From contig NW_013657652.1 of assembly GCF_000142905.1 (NCBI RefSeq), forward strand, positions 124,001 through 188,000: a stretch of 64,000 bases of DNA. The letters are read 5' to 3'. Made by a program: the position numbers and the translations under genes. This DNA is from Thecamonas trahens ATCC 50062. Lineage: Eukaryota; Protista; Apusomonadida. The notes under the pieces are model-generated. The model was not told the DNA's origin. It did no database searches and saw nothing but the letters and a program-made list of their open reading frames with translations. This document shows, piece by piece, positions 21,603-32,846 of the stretch (position 1 is its first letter; every line of letters starts with the position of its first letter).

Positions 21603-23423
21603 GATGGAGTAGTTGCTTAGAGGGGGGGGGGGGGAGGTAGGAAGGGAGTGTGTGTGCGTGTGTGCTAGAGACAAGTCGTAGCTAGCCCCGTCTGACCCGC
21701 AAGCCAGCTCCCCCAGGCCCATTTCCGGCCCGCACCACTGTTGCTGACGCCGAACAGCAACAATGCAGCGCTTGTTTTTGGCCACAGCTTGGCGGGAGTG
21801 CCCAATGCCTAGTACGCGCCCTCCCCTCCATTCTTTTACCGTGGCGCTGCTACTGGCAACGGATGCCTGGCCGGGTCGTGACGGTGCAGTCGTTGAGCGG
21901 CGAGTCCATCTGGATGGTGGTGTGACCGATGCCGTGCGAGTTGCAAATGTGCTCGGCAGCGGTGAGGACGTCGGCGTGGTGCGACTGCTCGGCGATGATG
22001 TGAGCCGAGAGGAAGATGTTGTCAAAGGTGAGCGACCAGACGTGGAGGTGGTGCATGCCGCGAAAGTGCGGGATGGCCCGCAACTGCGCCTTGAGCTGGG
22101 GCATGTCGACGGTCTCGGGCGTCGAGTGCATGAGGACCCGGAGGATGCCGCGAACGAGCGAGACGGTGGTAAAGAGGGTGATGATACCAAAGAGGAGCGA
22201 GGCAACCGGGTCGGCGATGTTGTACAGCGAGCCATGCTTCGTTGGTGTGCCGTAGGTAAAGTGGTTGCCAGCCCAGATGACGCCTGCGGCGGCAATGACT
22301 CCAACAGACTGTGCACAGTCGCCGAGGACGTGGATAAAGGCGGCCCGGACGTTAACGTTGCCCACGCCCGAGTTTGGCAACTCGTCGACTGTCGCCGTGC
22401 CGTGGGCATGGCCGTGGGCATGGCCGTGGGCATGCACTTCAGCCGGTGCGGAGGCCTGCCCGCCGTGCGAGTGCGAGTGCGAGTGCGAATGCCCGCCGCC
22501 GCCGTGCGAGTGTGAGTGCGAGGCGTTGCCCCACGCCAGAATGAGCGCGTCGATAATGTTGACCAAGAGACCGGCGCTGCCGATGATGGTCATGATGACC
22601 GAGTCGATGGCGTCGCCCTCGCGCTTGACGTCTGACACCAGGCGGACAATGGCCTCGTAGGTGATGATCGACACAAGGACCCAGATGGTGACAATTGACG
22701 CCAGCGCACCCAGAATCTCTGCTCGCTGGTAGCCAAAGGTCATCTTGTCTGTCGACTTTTTCTTCGACAGGTGCATGGCAAAGAGCGAGAGGCACATCGC
22801 CGCCACATCCGTCAGCAGATGCGCGGCGTCGGTCATGATCGCCAGCGAGCCGGCAACGTACCCACCAGCAATTTCCACGCACATAAAGATGACCGTGAAA
22901 ACAGTGGCAATGATCAGCGCCCGCCGCGCCTTCTGGTCACGCGCCCGCTGCGCTGGCATCACCGTTTGGGCCTCACGATCGCCGATGCTGCCGCCCTCGG
23001 CGCTGCCGCCCGACTGGATCGAAAACGTCGACGTCAGCAGCGGTTGCCGCTCGTCATGCACCGTCGCGTCGCCGCTGGCAATTGTCAGCTTTGCTGCCGC
23101 CACGTCCACACTTGTGCTCGGCTCGCTTGCGGGGCCTCCAGCCACGCCCGTCGCCTCCATCGGCAGCCGGGCCTCGGCGGACGGCGAGTTTTCCCGCGCC
23201 ACGTCCGCATCGCTACTTGCCGGCGTCGAGAAGGCCGAGCCGCTAACTTCAGATGTGAGATGTGGAGTCGATGGAGCCAGCTGGTGAGCTGACAAAGGCT
23301 CCAAGGAACGCCCCGGCTCGACACGGGTCTCGGCCTCGAGCAGCGCTTCCTCCACCGCCGCCACCACCGACTCGTGGATGCGGATAGCCATGGCAGTATG
23401 GCTCGAGAGTACAAGAGATTTCA
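21076..23423. repeat. Dispersed 77/78-bp direct repeat: 21076-21153 and 23347-23423
   Basis: Identical except one A in a short A-run; covers the ZnT 5' end (MAIRIHESVVAAVEE). Confidence 0.95.
21850..23391 (-). CDS. CDF/ZnT (SLC30A2-like) zinc transporter
   Basis: 'SLAIMTDAAHLLTD', 'TFGYQRAEILGAL', His-rich loop HSHSHGG, 'NVRAAFIHVLGD', 'LHVWSLT', 'HTTIQ'. Confidence 0.95.
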   Translation of the reverse strand: MAIRIHESVVAAVEEALLEAETRVEPGRSLEPLSAHQLAPSTPHLTSEVSGSAFSTPASSDADVARENSPSAEARLPMEATGVAGGPASEPSTSVDVAAAKLTIASGDATVHDERQPLLTSTFSIQSGGSAEGGSIGDREAQTVMPAQRARDQKARRALIIATVFTVIFMCVEIAGGYVAGSLAIMTDAAHLLTDVAAMCLSLFAMHLSKKKSTDKMTFGYQRAEILGALASIVTIWVLVSIITYEAIVRLVSDVKREGDAIDSVIMTIIGSAGLLVNIIDALILAWGNASHSHSHGGGGHSHSHSHSHGGQASAPAEVHAHGHAHGHAHGTATVDELPNSGVGNVNVRAAFIHVLGDCAQSVGVIAAAGVIWAGNHFTYGTPTKHGSLYNIADPVASLLFGIITLFTTVSLVRGILRVLMHSTPETVDMPQLKAQLRAIPHFRGMHHLHVWSLTFDNIFLSAHIIAEQSHHADVLTAAEHICNSHGIGHTTIQMDSPLNDCTVTTRPGIRCQ

Positions 23424-23717
23424 ACAACTGAGGTTGTGCCTCTACAAAGGGGGTCGGCGGAAGAACGCTGGACCTGCGTCTACTCTCCGCCGTCGACGTG
23501 GATAAGTGGTGGTGAGCGTGTGGTGTGACACGAGTCACGGGTGTCAAGCGGGGGGCGGGGGGAACCATGCGGCGGGGGCAGGCGGCGGCGGTGGAGACTC
23601 TTGCGCGCGTGACATGAATGATTATTTCATCATGCCCACATTCGGTAGCAGCAAGCGACACGCGGACGGGATGGGGATAGGAATAGGGGCGTGCATGGCT
23701 TGGTTTTGATTTGTCCT

Positions 23718-24794
23718 TTACAGGTTGGTGGCGGTGTAGAGCTCGGCAAGCTCACCCTGGAGCGCGGCCGACGGGTTCTGGGCGGCAGCAATCTTCTTGG
23801 TGGCGGCCTTCTTGGCAGCGTAGTAGGTGGCAGCGCGGGCACGGCGCTTGTCCTCGAGGCGGTCGACGACATCGGCGTACTTCCAGCCGACCTCCGACGC
23901 GAGGCGCTTGAGCACGGTGGTCTTGCGGCCCGGAGTCAGGCGGGTCACGCGGAGGGCCTCCGGGACGACCATGGTCTTCATGCGGTCGTACGGCGGCGGG
24001 ACACCGTCGAAGACCTTGAAGCGGCCGAGGGCGGCAGCACCACGCGGGAGCTTGTGCGGGAGCATACCACGGACGACGCGGTAGAGCATCTTCGACGGGG
24101 CACGGAAGTGCACGTGGCCGCGCTTCGGGTTGGTGTTCATGCGCTTGCGAAGGTAGCGGAGGAACTTGCACTTGTTGCGGACAAAGACGCCAGTGACCTC
24201 GATCTCCTCACAGCGGACGACGACGACCTTCTGGCCGTTAAGCAGCTGCTTGGCAATGACAGACGCGAGCCGGCCAAGCAGGTGGCCACGCCCGTCCACG
24301 ACAACAACCTGTCCTCGTCAAAGCATGGTTCCATGGGTTGACCATCACCCGTTGCCCTTGTGTGAGTCGCTTGCCTTGTCCCCGTCCCCCCAATCTTACA
24401 AATTCAATCACCGCTGGGGAATTGGCCGCCCGAGCCCGCCGTCGCGGCCATGCCTCCCCGAGCCCACCACAGCGCCCACACCCACCACAGCGCCTTGCCG
24501 GCCCCATGTGTGGTGCGGTGCATTGCTGCGCCGTCTCTCATGGGTACGGTCTCGCCGGGGGTCCCGCCCTGCCCTCGCCGAGTCTCTCGCGAGTCGGTCA
24601 GGATGGCGAGTGCCAGCCAAAAATGCATACACAACCATCACGCTGCTGCAGGCTGCCTTGCCCAAGCACCCTTGCGGGGGCTATGGCCAAGGCACCGCGC
24701 ACTGCAGCGAGACTGTGCATGTGTTGCAGCGTCTGCAGCGTCTCCCTATGCCCCTCCTTGCTGCCCCCCACTGTCCACGTACCTTGGAGAACAT
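23718..24794 (-). CDS. RPL13A: 60S ribosomal protein L13a (uL13); exons 24794-24783 (MFSK) and 24308-23718
   Basis: '[28 protein letters not shown]', 'HFRAPSK', 'DGVPPPYD'; a GTACGT...CAG intron of 474 nt gives MFSKVVVVDG. Confidence 0.97.
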
Positions 24795-25230
24795 GATGTA
24801 TGTGTTGTCCGATTTCTAACGAGAAGGGATACCGCTTGTCACTCACTTTGAATTCAAACGCTGTCCGCAAAGTCAATCATTCGCAGTTCAACAACCGAGT
24901 TGCCACTTCAACCGAGTCTTAAATCCCCAACACTTTCGCCACGAAATTCCCTCCACCACCGCTACCACCGCCGCCACCACCATTCCCCACCAAAATTTGA
25001 ATGTTTTGCCTTGGCGGCCCACTCGCGCCCCCCCCTCCGCCCCGCGCCACTCCGTTGGCTCTCCTTGCGCTCGCTCGCCCGCTCCACAGGCGGCGCCGGC
25101 AACACTGCTCACACCATCGCACACTTGGTACCACAGTTGAAGACGACCTTTGCGTGACGCTACACGCCTTGCTCTCCACCCGCCACCTTCTGCGCGCTGT
25201 TTGCCCCGAGTATCCCTCCGTCTGCAGACC

Positions 25231-28146
25231 ATGGACCGCCTCGCGCTGCAGGACCTTGTCGAGGGCCGCAACGAGTGGTGCAACATCCCGGACGTCATCC
25301 GCGAGACGTTCAAAGACTTTTCCGTTCTCATTACCAACCAGGCTGCCCAGATCCGTGCGCTCGATGAGACCATCGCCATTCTGCAGAAGCCTCGCAAGCG
25401 TGATGAGCGGCTCGTCCAGCTCGAGCACGACGTCGTCGAGATGTCCAAGCTCTCGTCGCGGAACCGCAACTCGATCGAGACCCTCCAGTCGCGGGTGGCA
25501 TCCAAAGCCGAGGCTGCCGAAGTCAACGACCGTCTTGCTGAGCTCAAGCGCTCGTTTGAAGCTCGGTTGCAGCAAAAGGCTGACACCATGCACGTCAACA
25601 CCGCGCTCGCCTCGCGGGTCCCGCTCCGCCTCTTTGAGGAGCACATCGATGCACGGGTGACCCACGACCAGATGGCACTCGCCCTCGATTCGGCGCTCCG
25701 TGGCAAGGCCGAGTCGGCCGAGCTTGCTGCCCTCCGCTCGTCCGTCGACTCGCTTGCCGGCTCCAAAGTCAACGCCGACGATCTCGAGGAGATCCTTAAC
25801 CTCGCCCTCTCAGACCGCGCGCTCACCTCAGACCTCGCTGCCGTTGTCTCTGACATCAAGGCCGCACTCGATCGCAAGGCTGACGCCGCCACTCTCGCCG
25901 CTCAGCTCGCGTCCAAGGCCTCAGTCGACGACCTCGACCGGCTCGCGTCCGAAAAGGGTAACGCCGCCCAGCTCCTCGCCCTCCTCGAGCAAAAGGCCGA
26001 CGTGGCGTACGTCAACCAGGAACTGGCAGCCAAGGCCGACGACGCCGCGGTCTCACGCGCCCTTACCTCCAAGGCCTCGCGCGACGAGCTCGACGCCCAG
26101 CTTGCCAACAAGGTCGAGGCCGATGACGTCAACGGCCTCCTCAACAAGCATCTTGGCCAGGTCTCCGATGCTGTCGCCGCCTACAAGCGCGACGTCCAGG
26201 CCGGCCTCAAGGCCCGCGCCACCATTGCCCAGGTCAACGACATGTTTGCTCAGGTCTCCAAGGACTTTAACTCGCTCGTCCTCTCGCTCGACCTCAAGCT
26301 TGACCGCGCCGAGTTTGTCGACTCGCTCGAGCAGCGCGAGGAGGCGCTACGGTCCGCTGTCCACGACCGCGAGCTCGAGGTTGCCCACCACTCGGAGGCC
26401 ATCAATGTCATCAATACCCAGCTGCTCCAGCTCTCGCGTGATTTGGGCAACAAGTCCGACTCGGCGACGCTCAACCGCGCCCTCGCCTCGTTCCGCGCAG
26501 ATCTCAACGAGGCCATGGCAGAGACCAAGGCGCTCGTCGCCGAAAAGGCGTCGGAGCGCATGGTGGTCCAGGGCCTGTCCCGCAAGATGGAGCGCGCCGA
26601 CGTCGACGACTTGCTCGCCGCCAAGGCTGACATCAATGACGTCGCCCTCGAGCTGGCGCTCAAGGCCAACGTCGACGACATCGACGCCATGCTTCACGGC
26701 AAGGCTTCGACCGAGGCCGTCATCGAGCTGTCGCACGCCACCGCCGAGCTCCGCTCCGCCCTCGAGCTCAAGGCCAACAAGGCTGATGTCGCCGCACAGG
26801 TCTCGGCCAAGGCGTCGATGGAGGACCTCGCCAGCCTGCGCGCATCGATGCAGCGCCACGACGCCACCGCCGCCGCCGGCCGCGGCCTGCGCGGCTCGTC
26901 GCTTGGCGGAAGTGGTGTGGGCTCGTCAGGCGTCGGCTCGGCGCTCTCGGTCCTCGAGTCGGACGTCACCCGCCTCCGCCAGGCGCTGCTTGAAGTTCAG
27001 GCCGATGTCGAGGCCAAGGTTGACGCAACCGAGTTCCACTCGGAGCTGGCCGGCAAGGCCGATGTGGCCCATGTTGATGACGTCATTGCCGACGCCGTTG
27101 GCTCGCTCCGTGCGGCTCTCGATCTCAAGGCCTCGCTTGGCGAGCTCCAGTCCCTGCGGACTGACACCGTTGAGCTGGGTAACCAGCTCGTCTCGTCTAC
27201 CTCCGAGACGCAGAGCCTCATCACGTCCTCGCTCGACTCGCTCCGCTCCTCGCTCGACTCGATTGAGTCGCGGCTCGTCCGCAAGGCCGATGGCTCCGAC
27301 CTCGAGCAGGCCGTTGCACGGACAGCGGCCAAGACCGAAGTCGCCGACCTCGCAGCAGGCCTCCGCTCACTCGAATCGGCACTCGCTCGCAAGGCTGACG
27401 CCAGCGAGACCAAGTCGGCGCTGGCGGCCAAGGTAGACCAGGCCCAGCTTGCTGCTGCACTCGATCCGCTGCCGACCCACGCTCAACTCCTCGATGGGCT
27501 CAACGCCAAGGTCGACCACGACGAGCTTGCCGCGCTCAAGGCCTTTGTCTCCGAGACAAAGCTCGACCGCAACGAGTGGCTGATGGAGAAGCAGGCTGCC
27601 GGAGGCAGCGGTCACTCGGCTCTCGCCCGCGATCCGCCGTCGTCGACCTCCCGCTACTCGGTCCTCCGCGAGCACCATCCCAACATTCCAGAGCGGTCAA
27701 CGGCGTCGATGCTTGCCTCGGCCGGCCGTGCCCACTCCTCGCGCGCCGCCACCAAGCCACACACATCGAAGCTCTCACTGGGAGTCACGCCGCTCGTCGA
27801 CGCCCGCACTTCGGCCCTTGGCCGCTCGCAGGCCGCCCATCAGGCCATGGCTGCCGGCGGCGGTGGGGAGCCGTCGTCCGAACTCCTCATCCACACCTCC
27901 CACAGACTCCAGCGGCTCCGCGGCGGCGCCGGCAGTCTGGCATCGTCGCCACGCTCCAGCAGTCGCCCGTTTGCCGGCCTCGCCACGCCGTCGACTACCG
28001 CCAACGACTCTTCGTATGCCTACATCCTCTCATCCGGCGAGGCCCGCCGCGACGCTGCTCCGGTCGACGGCGACACGCCACCGGGACAGCTCGACTCGTC
28101 GAACTTGGCGGTCTCGCAGAGCATGCGCCGCGACTTGCTCGCCTAG
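25231..28146 (+). CDS. Fibrous coiled-coil protein with many LxxKA(D/S) repeats and a disordered C-terminus
   Basis: Recurrent ASKAE, QQKAD, RGKAE, DRKAD, ASKAS, EQKAD, AAKAD etc. across ~780 aa; strong coding bias. Confidence 0.8.
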   Translation: MDRLALQDLVEGRNEWCNIPDVIRETFKDFSVLITNQAAQIRALDETIAILQKPRKRDERLVQLEHDVVEMSKLSSRNRNSIETLQSRVASKAEAAEVNDRLAELKRSFEARLQQKADTMHVNTALASRVPLRLFEEHIDARVTHDQMALALDSALRGKAESAELAALRSSVDSLAGSKVNADDLEEILNLALSDRALTSDLAAVVSDIKAALDRKADAATLAAQLASKASVDDLDRLASEKGNAAQLLALLEQKADVAYVNQELAAKADDAAVSRALTSKASRDELDAQLANKVEADDVNGLLNKHLGQVSDAVAAYKRDVQAGLKARATIAQVNDMFAQVSKDFNSLVLSLDLKLDRAEFVDSLEQREEALRSAVHDRELEVAHHSEAINVINTQLLQLSRDLGNKSDSATLNRALASFRADLNEAMAETKALVAEKASERMVVQGLSRKMERADVDDLLAAKADINDVALELALKANVDDIDAMLHGKASTEAVIELSHATAELRSALELKANKADVAAQVSAKASMEDLASLRASMQRHDATAAAGRGLRGSSLGGSGVGSSGVGSALSVLESDVTRLRQALLEVQADVEAKVDATEFHSELAGKADVAHVDDVIADAVGSLRAALDLKASLGELQSLRTDTVELGNQLVSSTSETQSLITSSLDSLRSSLDSIESRLVRKADGSDLEQAVARTAAKTEVADLAAGLRSLESALARKADASETKSALAAKVDQAQLAAALDPLPTHAQLLDGLNAKVDHDELAALKAFVSETKLDRNEWLMEKQAAGGSGHSALARDPPSSTSRYSVLREHHPNIPERSTASMLASAGRAHSSRAATKPHTSKLSLGVTPLVDARTSALGRSQAAHQAMAAGGGGEPSSELLIHTSHRLQRLRGGAGSLASSPRSSSRPFAGLATPSTTANDSSYAYILSSGEARRDAAPVDGDTPPGQLDSSNLAVSQSMRRDLLA

Positions 28147-28178
28147 TACCCTTTCTAAAACCTCATGTTTACAGCCCC

Positions 28179-29449
28179 TCACCCGAGCACCAGCGCGCAG
28201 CCGTCGCAGACCCGGATGCGGTCCGGCGCGTCGCGGATGATGGGCAACCGGTCGTGGCAGCATGTCGAGCAAAAGACCTCGCCACAGACCCGGCAGTGGT
28301 GCCTGCGCTTGAAAAAGGTAAAGCCGTCATGGCAGCCAAAGCAACTCGGCCGCTCCGAGTCCGAAACCCACCGCGGCCGCTTGCTCAGCTCGTCGGAGAG
28401 CTCTTGGACGCGCGCGTTGAGCGCCGCGACCTCTGCAGCGTGGGCCTCGTCGGCTGCCAGCCGCGCCGACCGCGCCGCAGCGAGGTCTTCATGCAAGTCC
28501 TGGACCTGCGACTCGAGCTTGGCAATGGCCACCATCGATTGCGCCGGAGACGGCGGGATGAGCGACGACGGCGTGAGGCCACCAGGCGTCCGTCCGATCA
28601 TGCTCCCACCGTCCGGGCCCGCCAACTCGCTCCGTAAGAGGCCGTCGCCGGCGCCAGCGCCGCCTACGCCCGACGAAGCCGCGGCAGCACCCGCCCCCAC
28701 ACCTGCACCCTCATCCGCCCCCACGCCAGCACTGCCGCTCGCCTCGGTTCCGTGCGAGAGCTTGTACGATGACGCCAGAAGGTCGGTGAGGCGGAAGAAG
28801 AGGAAGCCGTCCTGGACAGCCTTGTCTTCGTCGGCGACGTGGACGACAAAACCCGCCTCGACAAGACGCTGCAGCAAGGTCACCGCAAACGCACGGGTCA
28901 TTTGACCCGAGCACAGCAGCGGCGACGGATCGCCGCGAGCCGCCGCCGCCGCCGCACGATCAGACTCGGCGCCGTAGTGCGCGACAACCCAGTCGACGGC
29001 CTCGGAAGCGACAAAGCACTCGTCGTACGACTTGAGATGGTAGCTCCGCGACTTGACCTCGATGCCGCCAACCAGGGCCATGCACAGCTCCTGCAGCTGC
29101 TCGCCATCGAGCGTCTGGATCTCGCGGGCAAGCGGCGAGAGCTCGTGGACCGAGCGCGACTTTGCAGCCGTAAGAGCGTTGATCCAGGCCTTGCGCGATG
29201 CGTCCTTGTTTGCCCGCAGGTGGTAGGTCCGACCCGGAGTGACGATGTCGAAATAAAAGAACGGATCCATGCGCCAGGAGACCTCTTCCACAGAGTAGTT
29301 TTCCGACAGCACAATGGTGCCTGACGGCTCGCTCTTCTCGTCCTTGGCATACGTCAGGACGTTGTCCACCAGCGAGAAGTACCGCACCTTCCACGCAGAC
29401 AGCCGGTGCGGGCCCTTTTCTCCAGCAGTCCTGACACGGTGGTGGCCAT
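28179..29449 (-). CDS. PH + DEP + coiled-coil + FYVE protein (one-base frameshift at 29416-29419)
   Basis: PH 'GLLEK[K]G...WKVRYFSL...TYHLRA......W.NAL'; DEP 'VKSRSYHLKSYDECFVASEAVDW'; FYVE 'WVSD...C..C...F.FFKRRHHCRVCGEVFC..C...RVC..C'. Confidence 0.9.
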
Positions 29450-29718
29450 GGTATATGTGTGCGGGGGCGTGAGTGGTGAGAGGTGGCTTGCTTTGCCCCT
29501 CGACTCGGCTGGCGTGCGAGTTGCCTTTTCGGCATGCGCTGATTGCGCCACTGCGCGTCGACCACAGCGAGTGCTCGTTATTAGACAGCGATCGCAGACG
29601 ACTACGGACGATGTGTGGAGAGAACGAGTGGTGGGTGGCCTGGGCTGGCTGAAGTTGGCTGAGCATGGATGACTGGACGGTGGACGCGCGTGTGCGTGTG
29701 TCGAAGAGTGGCTCGATC

Positions 29719-30669
29719 CTAGGCTGGCTGATCTTGGTCGGCTGAAGCATCAAGGAGGAGGGCGGCAACATCAAAGTGCTCGGCATCGGTGGCAGCGGCT
29801 GCAGCGGCGAGAACGATGGCAATGTAGCCTGGGCCATCGATCCGGGGAAGCAGCGCAGCTACGACGTCAGAGTGGCCGTTAAGCGCGGCCTCTGTGAGCG
29901 CCTCGCCCCACACAGGCGACACTGGTCCAGGCAAAGGGCAATCGTCTCTGGCCAACAGTGCGGCAATGGTGCGATCGGCGCCATGTGCTGCCGCCATCAT
30001 CAGCGCCTGCTCCACCACTCGTTTGACATCCAAGGCAGACCGTGTCGCGGCGGCAGCAGTAACAGCCTCCACAACCTCTGCGGCATCAGCTGCAGCTGCA
30101 GCCCGAAGTGCTACCAGGTGCACCGGAGTGAGATGACTCTGTCCATCTGAAGCAAGTAGCGCACTCACAAAGGTGGCCAGGCCGGCTCGTGCCCCATCAA
30201 CCACGAGAGCATCCCAATCGCAGCCGATCCACGCCCCACCGTCCACCATCTCAGCCAGCACGCCATCGATCCACGCTAGCACATCTTTGGGCACGGCGCC
30301 TCCGCCAGCTGCGTCGACCAGGGCACGGGCAACATCGTCGGACGGTACATCCGAGTCGCCGGCTAGCTGGCACCACGCCCGCCGTGCTGCGGCCCACTCG
30401 TGCTCAGCCAGGCACCATCTCAGCCCCATCCCCGCTCGTGCAGCCGCGCGTCCCACCGGAGAGCCGAGGAGCACAGCGTGGACGCCCCTGCACGTCCTCG
30501 CCAGCGCCACCACATCTCGCGGCTCCAGGACGCCGACATCGTAGGCCAACGCATAGATGAGCTCCACTGGCAGCCACGAGCCTCCGATCACAGCCATGCC
30601 CTTTTCCAGACGCTGCCACGTCGTGTAGAGGTGAGGTGTAGCCGTCTCTGGTCGACCAAGGCTGCTCAT
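29719..30669 (-). CDS. F-box-like N-terminus plus degenerate ankyrin repeats
   Basis: 'WLPVELIYALA....LEPRDVVALARTCR' resembles an F-box; 'ALMMAAAHG', 'ALTEAALNGHSDVVAALL' are ankyrin-like. Start uncertain (30669 or 30597). Confidence 0.65.
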   Translation of the reverse strand: MSSLGRPETATPHLYTTWQRLEKGMAVIGGSWLPVELIYALAYDVGVLEPRDVVALARTCRGVHAVLLGSPVGRAAARAGMGLRWCLAEHEWAAARRAWCQLAGDSDVPSDDVARALVDAAGGGAVPKDVLAWIDGVLAEMVDGGAWIGCDWDALVVDGARAGLATFVSALLASDGQSHLTPVHLVALRAAAAADAAEVVEAVTAAAATRSALDVKRVVEQALMMAAAHGADRTIAALLARDDCPLPGPVSPVWGEALTEAALNGHSDVVAALLPRIDGPGYIAIVLAAAAAATDAEHFDVAALLLDASADQDQPA

Positions 30670-30982
30670 GCTTTCCTCGACCAGATCTGCTGCACTTGAG
30701 AAGGCCAGACGCAATGGTCGTGACTTACGCCGTCTCCCCCCAACTCAAACAGTAGGGCTGGGCTCGGTGTATGCAGTCCGCGGCCCGTGATCAACTCAGT
30801 AGCTCGTCCGCGGTATCGATCGTGCCGCCCCCCCTCTGCGCGAGTTGGCGCGAGTTGGCGCGAGTTGGTACGAGTTGGCGGTCACGGCGGCAGTAGTGGA
30901 GGCAGCGCCGGAAGCAAGAGCTGCGACAGCGGTGAGCGAGGCAGACACAACTCCAAGCCCTGCAGTAACGGAGGACACCAAC

Positions 30983-31956
30983 ATGAGCATATGGTTGGTG
31001 TTGGAGCAGTGGGAGGCATGGGCTCGGTCGGGAGGCTCGTTCAGTTGGGAGTCTGACGCGGTGGCCCTGCTGTGGCAGTACGACCACATCTACGTCGCTG
31101 CCGCCATCGCCTACATCCCGGTTGTTTTTGGTCTGCAGGCGTACATGGCCGATCGCCCACCGCTCTCTCTCAAGCCGCTGCTTATTATGTGGAACTTTGT
31201 CCTCGCTATCTTCTCCATCGTCGCTGCGGTCCAGCTCATCCCCATCCTCCTCATGCTGGTACGCCTCCCTGCATCTCTCCCCCCCCTCGCTCATCTCTCA
31301 CCATATGATGATACGCACTCACTCTTTCCCCCTTACCTCTGCTCCAGCTTCTTCGCGATGGCTTCCTTAACTCGGTGTGTGAGACGGCGCACTACGATCT
31401 GCCGTCGTCGTGGTGGGTCTACCTCTTCGGCCTCTCCAAGATTGCCGAGTTTGTGGACACCATCCTGCTTGCGCTACGGAAGAAGCCGATCATCTTGCTA
31501 CACTGGTACCACCACATCTGCACCCACCTATTTACCTGGCTGTGGCAGGTGACGACGTACAAGACTAACGGGTCCGGCTACTGGTTTGCCACCATGAACG
31601 TCGCCGTCCACTCGTTCATGTACACATACTACGGCCTCACCGCCATGGGCCACTACCGGACCATGGCCAAGCTCAAGCTCAACATGGTTCTCACCCTCAC
31701 TCAGCTGACCCAGATGGTCATGGGTATTGTGGTTCTGTTTGCCATGCGCTCCTGTCCGTCGGTCCAGCCGTGGTCGTTCTACATCGGCCTTGGGATGTAC
31801 TTTTCTTACTTTCTTCTCTTTGCCAAGCTCTTCCTCGACAAGTACATCTCGCCGCCGCCTAAGCGCTCGCTCCGCAGAGCCTCGCAGGAGACCCAAGACC
31901 CTATCGTGCTTGCTGCCTCTCCGACCTCGCCCATCGCCCGCATCAAGACCGACTAA
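30983..31956 (+). CDS. ELOVL: Fatty-acid elongase (ELO/GNS1/SUR4 family, ELOVL6-like); exons 30983-31258 and 31348-31956
   Basis: 'WNF.LAIFS', 'SKIAEFVDT..L.LRKKP', 'LHWYHH', 'MN..VHSFMY.YY', 'T..Q..QM'; GTACGC...CAG intron restores the frame. Confidence 0.95.
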
Positions 31957-32269
31957 CCGGCTATCGCGCACCGGCGGCCTCCCCCCTGTCTTCTTTCCTG
32001 GGCCAATAATAATCACATTCCCCGCCAATGCCCCCCCCCCCCCCCCCCCCCGCCCCTCTCGCGCCGATCCGCAACTCATGATCGTCCCCACACTAGCAGC
32101 TCAAGTCAGCCATGTCCACGCCATCATGCCTTACATTGAGGCCAATCAATCAGTGAGCAAAATGTGACCAAGAGACGGCAGGCAACCCCACCGCCAAGTC
32201 CCAGCTAGCACTCGCCCTTGCCCTCCCGACTGCTACAGACTGCCGTACTCTTCTCCTCCCCCCCCCCCA

Positions 32270-32748
32270 NNNNNNNNNNNNNNNNNNNNNNNNNNNNNNN
32301 NNNNNNNNNNNNNNNNNNNNNNNNNNNNNNNNNNNNNNNNNNNNNNNNNNNNNNNNNNNNNNNNNNNNNNNNNNNNNNNNNNNNNNNNNNNNNNNNNNNN
32401 NNNNNNNNNNNNNNNNNNNNNNNNNNNNNNNNNNNNNNNNNNNNNNNNNNNNNNNNNNNNNNNNNNNNNNNNNNNNNNNNNNNNNNNNNNNNNNNNNNNN
32501 NNNNNNNNNNNNNNNNNNNNNNNNNNNNNNNNNNNNNNNNNNNNNNNNNNNNNNNNNNNNNNNNNNNNNNNNNNNNNNNNNNNNNNNNNNNNNNNNNNNN
32601 NNNNNNNNNNNNNNNNNNNNNNNNNNNNNNNNNNNNNNNNNNNNNNNNNNNNNNNNNNNNNNNNNNNNNNNNNNNNNNNNNNNNNNNNNNNNNNNNNNNN
32701 NNNNNNNNNNNNNNNNNNNNNNNNNNNNNNNNNNNNNNNNNNNNNNNN
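32270..32748. other. Assembly gap (N run)
   Basis: Run of N. Confidence 1.
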
Positions 32749-32846
32749 TAGATCCATAAACTATCCCCACTCACCCCCCCCCTCGTCCTCTCCGTCCCTC
32801 TCGCGCTCCCTCTCGTCATCCTGCTCGCGCCCCTCCTGGTGTGCAG

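Noticed and set aside
32150-32819. ORFs spanning the N gaps (also 60384-61673)
   Set aside because: Artefacts of translating N runs.
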